A stretch of DNA of 64,000 bases from Octopus vulgaris (taxonomy: Eukaryota): contig OX597819.1 in assembly GCA_951406725.2 (NCBI GenBank), positions 67,766,001 through 67,830,000 of the forward strand, given 5' to 3'. The number at the start of each line of letters is the position of its first letter. Position 1 is the stretch's first letter. Positions 54,573 to 64,000 of the stretch are shown in pieces. A model generated the notes under the pieces. The model saw only the letters and a list, made by a program, of their open reading frames with translations. It did not search any database and had not been told where the DNA came from. The position numbers and the translations under genes are program-made.

Positions 54573-55194
54573 CTCAGAATGAGCATGTATGTATGTACAT
54601 AATAAATGATTTGGACAAATAAGTTTAAGTCGAGTGGTGTGTTTAAATGTTGAATAGTGCACCGGCCCACTTCCGTTGGATCTAATTCAGGACCTGTGCA
54701 GTGGCAGTTAGAATAATAATATCAACTAATATTAGGAATGGATTTCGTATTAGATTTTTATTAGGTATATTCCCTAACTTGATGGGAATATAGCAACAAG
54801 CCAACTGACACTACAAATCACTAGTGAGATCTTTTACCAATGTACTTGAAGTGACCTAGACTGATGAGACAAAGCATATGTTGTACTTGATAGAAGTCTA
54901 ATACGAAACCATCTCCTATTATTAATTAATACTATATATATAATTCAGTTAGAGGTTATGTTAGACTCATGAAGGAATGCTGTCATTCAAGGAAGTACTA
55001 GTTCCCTATCTACTATTATGCGGGTGCTTGATACGATTAGAATAATAGGTTTATATAAAAACAATAGTTTATATTCATGTAAAGTAAGAATGCAGAAACG
55101 GAAGATAATAAAAGCTTATTATCAGCAACAAATCGATCATTATCCCTTACAGCTATTTCAATTATACACAATCAAATTAATTAAATATTAAAAA

Positions 55195-55623
<429 letters not shown>

Positions 55624-56474
55624 CATTGTTCATGCTTCTTTCAAGATTTCTTGCCAATAGAGAAAGTTCTATTTTCTAACTTAGATCAAAGGATACTTCA
55701 TTGGAATTTCAACAACCGAGTATTTTTGTTTGTATATATGTATGTATGCATGTATGTAGGTAGGTAGGTATAACTAAGGCTATATATATACATATATCGA
55801 GTGATGGAATTCCTCGTCATTGCTCTGTGGCGAAATTAGTTCTAACATTCGTAGAAGCACACAAATCGAAACTCGATATAACGTTCATGCTCAATTCTCT
55901 AAATCATTTAAACTACACTTTTCTCTCTTTCGTTCGACACAATTCATCGTCCTCATAAATACACACAAGACCACATACACCCAGAAGCGCATAAGCCTAT
56001 GTGCGTATGATTAAGTGTGTCTACATATATATGTTTATACATATGTATGAACCTTTTTACTGTACGTGACACTTTACTGTAACAAAACTGGGGACATATT
56101 TTTATAAATATATTCTTGGATGTCCGAGATCAGAATATCGAACGGAACAATAATTATTATTTCCGTTAATGATGGTGGAAGCACACGGGCTGAATTATAG
56201 AGTAGTCATATCTCCCTCGAGTCACACCTTCGTGTAATCCACATAAAACGAAGGAATCCCACCACTAGAATTTGTATGTTACACATTTGTAGGATAAGAT
56301 TTGAAGTATGAGGGAAGAGGAAAGAAGGGTAGGATGAAGAGAGGAGACGGGTAGGAGTGAAGTGAGGAAGTAGATGTCAGATGTAGAGAGGAGAGGAGAG
56401 TCAGAGAAAGTGCGGAGGGGAGCGCGAGATGAAGAGAGGAGAAGAGTTGAGCCGATGCGTATTAATACATATAG

Positions 56475-56730
56475 TTTTTGCTTGTTCCTTCTCGAGTCAC
56501 GCCTGGTTCATAAGGGACTGTTTTCCAGTTTCACCTGTGACCTTCCGTCGCAGGTGAGCTCTAAGTGCAGGAGGAAAGAGTGAGAGAAAATTGTGCTAAA
56601 AAATTCAAATGAGGCTCGCCAATGTCTTCTGCGGGAGCCGCGTGCAGCTTAGGTTGCTTCGTTTATAAACACACAAACCACCTGGTTTGAGATTCGAACC
56701 CGCGACTGTGAGTCTGCTGCTTTAACTACA
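56475..56730 (-). mobile_element. SINE family A variant with different tail
   Basis: Minus-strand head with GGGTTCGAATC B-box and AAGCTGCACGCGGCTCCCGCAG similar to family A. Confidence 0.65.
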
Positions 56731-57242
56731 TTAATACATCTTAATATATTATTAATATATATAACTAACAAGTGACTCATGAATTCCGGCCCACCCTGTG
56801 GTATAGTAATGTCTACTTTTAAATATATTTATATGCAGTCATATTTCTTTGAAATTCAAAGGTTTTTTTTAATTTCTTTTAGATAATTTTAAAATTTAGA
56901 AAATAATAAGGAAAGCATGGCTTAAATTATTTCGACTTCTTTGTGTTTTGTGAAGTTTTAGCTTATATGAAATCCAAAGGGAAACATTGCAGAAGAATTC
57001 CTGAGATCAAACTATTAACTAGAAATAACGACTAAATATTCTTCAAAGTGTATCACATCATATACAAAAGTATTTTCAACAATGTAGACTATGATGTCCA
57101 AATTTGAAGTGATTAAGTCTGGCATCGCTACTGACATTAAATATGCTCCAATAAGTTTGCCCCTGCAACGTATCAGCACGAACTGTAGAACCATTACAAC
57201 TGTATTATGTGTTACCTTATACTAGTATCAGTTACTGGACTC

Positions 57243-57687
57243 GGATCTTTTCGGTTTGAACGGCAGTTTCTAACATAATTTCTAGGTAACTAAAAAATTT
57301 TAAACTTCGTTTACTGGTAGAATGTGTTTATAAAACATCTTTTTCTCTTGGCTTTATTGAGAAAATTCAATAGTTTGTAAGATATTTGTGGGTTCTTTTT
57401 CTTCAATTTCTGCAATTTCAACCAATCACTGACGTCCATTGAGGTGAAAAATATTCTGTGCCGTATGAATATGTCCCTCGTTTAAGAAACAGATTGGGTT
57501 TATTTACATTTGTGGAGAAAAAAAGATATCCTTCCCCCCACCCCTAACCCTAACCCCAACCCTAACCCTAACTAACCCTAACCCTAAAAGAGATTGAAAT
57601 GCAATAGATCGATACTAGGGTCATAATTATGTTTGATAATTTCATATGACACCGCTAGGAAAACTGCCGTTCAAACCGAAAAGATCA
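57243..57687. mobile_element. MITE with 26-bp TIRs, 8-9 bp TSD and internal (CCCTAA)n
   Basis: GGATCTTTTCGGTTTGAACGGCAGTT / AACTGCCGTTCAAACCGAAAAGATC; (A)CTGGACTC on both flanks; CCCTAA repeats at 57542-57587. Confidence 0.9.
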
Positions 57688-57829
57688 CTGGACTCGGCCA
57701 TGTTGGGGCCACTGGCTTGATGAGTTTTGTCGAATAATTCCACTTCAAAATTTATTTCAAGCCTCAGACTTATTCTAGTGTTCTCGTTAGCCAAAAAGCT
57801 ACTTGCCAAGCGGCAGCGGAGGAGGAGAA

Positions 57830-58040
57830 ACGCACACATACACACACACACAGATTGACAGACAGATAGACACACTCATATATGTGTGCGTATTAAACAC
57901 GTCCACACAGTTTTCATCATGAAAAGTTATTGGTTGGCCAGTGTGTATAGTAGAAGCCACTTGCTCAAGATGCCAGACGCTGGGACCGAACAGAAAAACC
58001 ACAGGGTTGCAAATCTAAGGTTTTAATCATGCAGCTGTGC
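57830..58040 (-). mobile_element. Degenerate SINE family C
   Basis: AGTAGAAGCCACTTGCTCAAGATGCC..GGGACCGAAC on plus is the CORE region on minus. Confidence 0.6.
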
Positions 58041-58397
58041 TCGCATTTATAATCATTTCCATCTAACTTTATCCTCAAATGTTATATTGAATTTGAAATT
58101 CATTGTGGCGATGAAACAACTAATTAAAGATGATTAAATTCTATTATCGTTTTATTTTCAAATTGTTCAGAATAAAATTTATTCCGATTGCATTAAACAA
58201 TACAAAAGGATTTTTCCCTAAATGCTCAAATTCTGTAACACTTTTCTATATAATTTGAATACTGAATGAAGTAACATAACAATAAAAGCATCAAGTCGAT
58301 TGCATATATTTATCAAAGAAGCTTTCAATAATGATTCAGTATTAAGTGGATTATTTCAATTGTTTGATAAAATATTACATTTACTCCATAATATTTT

Positions 58398-59700
58398 CTA
58401 CTTTAAGCACAAGGCCCGAAATATTTGGGGAGGGGAACAGTCGATTAGATCAACCCCAGTAGGCAATTGGTACTTAATTTATCGATCCCGAAAGGATGAA
58501 AGTCAAATTCGACCTCGGCGGAGTTTGAACACAGAACGTAAAGACAGACGAAACATCGCTAAGCATTCCGCCCGGCGTGCTAACGTTTCTGCCAGCTCGC
58601 CACCTTAAAATAATATTTTCTACTCTAGCCACAAGGCCCAAAATTTTGGAGACGGGGACAGTCGATTAGGTCGATCCCAGTACGCAATTGATACTTAATT
58701 TATCGACCACGAACGGATGAAATGCAAAGTCAACTTCAGCGGAATTTGAACTCAGAACGTAAAGACAGACGAAATCCCGGTAAGCATTTCGCCCAGCCTG
58801 CAAACATTTCTTATTTCTTTATTGCCCATAAGGGGCTAAACACAGAGGGTACAAACAAAGACAGACAAAGGGATTAAGTCGATTAGATCGACTCCTGTAC
58901 GCAATTGGTCCTTAATTTATCAACCCCGAGAAGATGAAAGGCAAAGTCGACCTCGGCGGAATTTGAACTCAGAACGCAGACCCCAGTGTATAACTGGTAC
59001 TTAATTTATCGACCCCGAAAGAATGAAAAGCAAAGTCGACCTCGGCGTAATATGAACTCAGAACGTAACGGCAGAAGAAATAGCTATTTATTTACTACCT
59101 ACAAGGGGCTAAAAGCACACAGGACAAACAAGGGCAGACAAACGGATTAAGTCGATTATATCGTAATTTGAACTCAGAATGTAACGGTTGACGAAATACG
59201 GCTACGCATTTCACTCGGGGTGCTAGCTCACTGCCGAATTTATTCGATATTCTGTTTATTCTGTAAAAATTTACAATCTTTAAAGGAAATGCATAATATC
59301 AAACTCAAAAGCAATGTTGATTTCGTATCTTTGCGCAAAGCCAGTAAATTTAAGGAGAGTGTATGTGGATTCTAGTCACACCTGTGTTTAAATGCTATTT
59401 ATTTTATCGACCCCAAGTTGATGAGAAGAAAAGATGTCCTCGGCGGAATTTGAACTCTGAACGTAAACAGGACGGAATGCCGATAAGCATTTGCCCACCA
59501 TTTTAATGATTCCGCCTCCTAATGTCATCAGGAATACTAATCTCAAATTCTGACACAAGGCCAGTAATTTCAGAAAGGGATCAAGTCAATTAAATCGACC
59601 CAAGTACAAAACTGGTACTTTTTGTATCGACGCCGAGATGAAAAATGTCAAATTCGACCACAGAGCGCGAATTCCGATAAGCAGTTTGTCCTGTGTCATA
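58398..59700 (-). mobile_element. Tandem cluster of Nin-domain SINE copies
   Basis: Repeated GATGAAAGGCAAAGTCGACCTCGGCGGAATTTGAACTCAGAACG units. Confidence 0.9.
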
Positions 59701-60108
59701 ACGATTTTCGCAGTTCACCCCATAACTTTTTGAATAACATTGAGAAAAATATGTGTTATAGTATGGAATTCCAGTCATTAAAAATAACGCATGAAAACAC
59801 ACCTAAAGTTTTGTAAAACAATTAATCTTACATACATATGCATATCTAGGTACAGTCTTACAAATAGTAATACAAACACACACACATATATATATATATA
59901 TATTAAGTTCCAGGTTCGGAGATTAAGTTCCAGGTTCGGAGATTATGTGAATTAGGATCCGACGAGTACGGGCCGTCAGCAGCCGCCACGCTCCGCGCGA
60001 CGGTCGAGGCGTGCGGCGGTTTCGTGCCCTTCGATTTAGACCTATTTATAAATGTTCTAAAATCTACAGTGCGTTGGTCTGTTTTATTTCATTAGGAAAA
60101 AAAATTAT

Positions 60109-60149
<41 letters not shown>

Positions 60150-60193
60150 CATACATACATAGATATATACATATACATACATACATACATACA

Positions 60194-60226
<33 letters not shown>

Positions 60227-60253
60227 TTATATACCGCTAAGCATTCTACCCGG

Positions 60254-60312
60254 CTTAACTGAAGAGACGGCAGCGTGGATTTCCACCTCGGCGTCCGAAA
60301 CTCGGGTTTTTT
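60254..60312 (+). ncRNA. Degenerate hammerhead ribozyme motif
   Basis: CUGAAGA-GACGgcagcGUGGauuuCCACcucggCGUCc-GAAA-CUCGGG-UU; stem I poor. Confidence 0.5.
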
Positions 60313-60363
60313 CCATGGCTACCAAATAATTGTCACATATTATATTTACAGATATATATATAT

Positions 60364-60428
<65 letters not shown>

Positions 60429-60449
60429 TATAAAAACATACATAAATAT

Positions 60450-60600
60450 ACACGATGGGCTCTTTCAATTGTCCAAGTCCACTCTCTCAATCGTTTTGTC
60501 GGCCTGTGACTACAGTACAGACTCTTGGTAAAGGTGCCATGGAGTGGGACTGAACCCGCAATCATTTGCGTTGAAAGACAGCTTCGTACCAATCAATCAC
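60450..60600 (-). mobile_element. Degenerate SINE family C head
   Basis: AAGGTGCCATGGAGTGGGACTGAACCC on plus. Confidence 0.65.
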
Positions 60601-60839
60601 TCTTGTATGAATGTTTTTCTTTGGTTGCAATATTTTCTAAGTCATTCTGTATATTGACTTGTCTACATTACATAAAACATTATTCAGCGTGTGAAAGCAA
60701 AATGGCTGTCCAAGATACAACAGGCGCGACATGTTATATCAAACGTAATGCAGTGAGTCGGTTATGCGGGTAGATAAAAATATACAGAGATAGGACGGGT
60801 AAAATATAAATGTGAAACAAATGGGTTTTACAGCCTAAA

Positions 60840-60888
<49 letters not shown>

Positions 60889-61861
60889 AAAGTAGAAGAG
60901 TGAGACAAACAAAATGGCTGACTGAGATAAAAAGAACTGAATGATATAATAAATAGCGACCATCGTGCTATAAACAACAAATGTATAAATAGCGACAAAA
61001 TATGCTTGAAAAATGTAACTAAGTAATAGTAGAAGAGTCGCTATACATCGAAACTAACCGAATACTATGTTATTGCCTTTAACATCCATTTTATGTTTCC
61101 GTTGTTGCTTTACAGTCTTATAGATTCTCTGGGTTTAGATTTCTGTGCTATGTTTATGCCTTTGATGCTATTCAAATATGCGATGTGAAGAGAAGTAAAA
61201 CGAAAACTTACTGCAATTGCTTAGTGAAAATACCTGCTTAGTATTGCTTTCTTTCCTTCTGTTTGGTAATAGGTGTCTACGCATACTCTCACAACCAAAG
61301 CACACAGAGACGCAAACACCTAAACGTACAGATAAATATATTGATAAGCACTTCTATAATATATATGCACATATAGAGAATATATGTACATACAGGCCCC
61401 ATTATAAGCCCGACTATATGTGTGTATGCATCAATGTATCAATGAATCTATTTATATATGTATGTATGAATGTATTGCATGCACGTGTTTATACTTTATT
61501 TATATATCTACTTATGTATTTATATGTATATGTATAAATATATATATATATCATCTTGTATTTATCTATATGTATATACACGCACATACACATATGCCTA
61601 TATTTATATATCTTTTTGTTTAAGCGTACGCTAATACTTGTATTTATAAAATCTTTTAAACCGAATTGTATTATAAAGTAATGTTCTCAACAACTCATTT
61701 TAAGTTTTTTATTGTTGCTTTCATTCAGCACCGCTTAACATGAAAAGATTTTCCAAAGCGCATTAAAATAAGGGAATAATTCAGGCGCATACATATACAG
61801 ATTCAAAATACCGCACTTACTACAAGGAAGTATGGCTGTAAACAATTCATATATACATATA

Positions 61862-61914
<53 letters not shown>

Positions 61915-62744
61915 GTGTATATGCGTGTATACATGCACGCACACACATACATATACACATACATATATATGTTTGTATGTATGTGTGTATGTATATATAT
62001 ATATTGACGTCATAAGAATTTAGTAAGTTTAACAGACCATAGTTCTGTTTTTTAGAACGTTGGACCTTGAAGCAGATAAAGCTATATATAACAGCATGTA
62101 AATAACGGGTTAAGAAAAAAACACTTTTTAGACAGAAAGTGTCGTAGGTTGCTCATGGGATACAGACCCACATTCCATGTAAACATGACAGACGTACTAC
62201 AACTGGACAAAATCAATCATTTGAATTTAATCCACTGTTTTTATCCAGAATTTTATCTACAATAAGTAGGAACAGTGATGCCTCGCAGGGCGAGTTTAAT
62301 TCGTTCCATGACCGAGCTCGTCTTACGATTTACTCGTTTTACAAATCAATTTTCGCCATTGAAATTAGCTAAAATATAATGAATCTGTTCCAGCCCCAAC
62401 AAAACCACTCAAAAATAATTTTTTTATGGGTTTTAATACAGAAATGGTGTAGTTATGAGTAAAACGACAACTATAAAAAAAGAGAATGCAAAAGAAATAT
62501 GTAAACTGGTTTTATTAACTGAATTACCTTAAAGATGGGATTGATATCTGTGCTAGTACTGCAGATTTCCGCTCGTACAGCGAATTAGTCGTACAATGGG
62601 GCACTCGTACTACGAGGTTCTAATGTATTTTGTTTTTGAGCCCTACGAGCAGCCTTCACTTTTTTATATCCAAAATCGAATAATATGTACAGAAGTAAAA
62701 AAAAAAAAAAAAGATGGCACCCCATCGGTAAGGACGACAGGATT

Positions 62745-63020
62745 ACCAGTGGATCTCTTCATCGGAACAGCATGCACTTGCAATTAACTTGCAAGTAGCT
62801 GAGTACTCCACAAACATGTGTAGTCTTAAAGTGGTTCTAACTGGATTTCAGAGTGACAAGACTGATCTTTTGAAATACAGATACATCGCGTTTTTGCAGC
62901 TGAGTTCACTGGTACATCATGAAATGAAAGGTCTTGTGCAGGGACTAAATGGACCGCCGGGTATCGAAATCGTGTCCTTATGATGGCAAGCCAATACCGC
63001 TAACCACTAAACCACGCGAA
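62745..63020 (-). mobile_element. Degenerate tRNA SINE (family B-like)
   Basis: Minus head GCGTGGTTTAGTGGTTAGCGG..TTTCGATACC; tail similar to 63885-64000. Confidence 0.65.
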
Positions 63021-63052
63021 TCCACATATTAAATGAGAAAGTGAACAAAATA

Positions 63053-63520
63053 TGGTAAGAAGCTTGCTTCCCAACCACATTGTCGCGGGTTCAGTCCCGC
63101 TGCGTGACAACTTAGGCAAGTGTCTTCCACTATAGCCCAACGTAGACCAAAGCCCTGTAAATATATAGGAGTCGGAGTGGCTGTGTGGTAAGTAGCTTGA
63201 TTACCAACCACATGCTTCCGGGCTTAGTTCTACTGCGTTGCACCTTCGGAAGTGTCCTCTACTATAGCCTCGGGCCGACCAAAGCCGTATGAATAGATTT
63301 GATAGACGGAATCTGAACGAATCCCGCCGTATGTATACATACATGTGTGTGTGAGTGTGTTTGTGTGTTAGTGTTTGTCTCTGTGTGTGTCTGTGTTTGT
63401 CCACCAGCACCACAACCATCGCTTGAGAACTTATGTTGGTGTGTTTATATCCCCGTAACCAGCAGTTCGGCAGAAGAGATCGATGGAATAATCACTAGTC
63501 CTACAAAGAATACGTCCAGA
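63053..63520 (+). mobile_element. SINE family C (truncated head followed by fuller copy)
   Basis: GGTAAGAAGCTTGCTTCCCAACCAC and GGAGTGGCTGTGTGGTAAGTAGCTTG heads, CORE-like AAGTGTC, (GT)n. Confidence 0.85.
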
Positions 63521-63690
63521 CTTACTCAAATGACAGAAAAAAGTAAAAAATGAAGCATACGTATCTAAAAATATTTATTTATGTCAAGAATATTAAAAAG
63601 ATTATAAATATTTCATCTTGACTGTCATTGATTTCGTCCGAAATTTTACTGATTTACACCAAAGAGAGTCATGTGATATTATTTTATCGT

Positions 63691-64000
63691 GGAAGCGCAA
63701 TGTCCCAGTGGTTAGGGCAGCTGACTCGTGGTCGTAGGATCGCGGTTTCGGTTCCCAGACCGAGTGTTGTGAGAGTTTATTCAGCGAAAACGTTTAAAAG
63801 TCCCACGAGGCTCCGGCAGGTGTGGTGGCGAACCCTTTCACCAAAACTTTCTATCAAATTTCTTTCGGTTTCTATAGTATCTGCATTTCAAAGGGCCAGC
63901 CTTGTCACAATCCGTGTCATGCTGAATCTCCCCAAGAACTACGTTAAGGGTATATGTGTCTGTGAAGTGCTCAGCCATTTGCATGTTAATTTCTCGAGCA
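63691..64000 (+). mobile_element. SINE family A head with alternative tail (runs off window)
   Basis: Head matches 20514-20650; tail differs. Confidence 0.85.

Overview
AT-rich, microsatellite-dense animal DNA. The SINE families present (Nin-domain and CORE-type tRNA SINEs like the OK/OR SINEs) point to an octopus genome; this is an inference. Only one intact protein-coding gene is visible: a single-coding-exon, very compact class A GPCR (5085-5948 +) with a head-to-head pseudogene paralog (about 1482-2283 -). The rest is transposon debris: R4/Dong-type and CR1-type LINE fragments, a zinc-knuckle ORF1-only L1/Tx1-like element, three mariner remnants, Helitron/Helentron-like non-autonomous elements, MITEs and many SINEs. 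The most striking unexplained signal is a set of non-coding elements carrying minimal type I hammerhead-ribozyme motifs with Penelope-like architecture. These include two fold-back insertions made of a tRNA-like head, (TAA)n and a hammerhead, bounded by 12-13 bp target duplications. They also include a young 557-bp tandem unit delimited by two hammerheads, several further hammerhead motifs and long bulged RNA-like hairpins. Nearly all other ORFs in the track are microsatellite translations.
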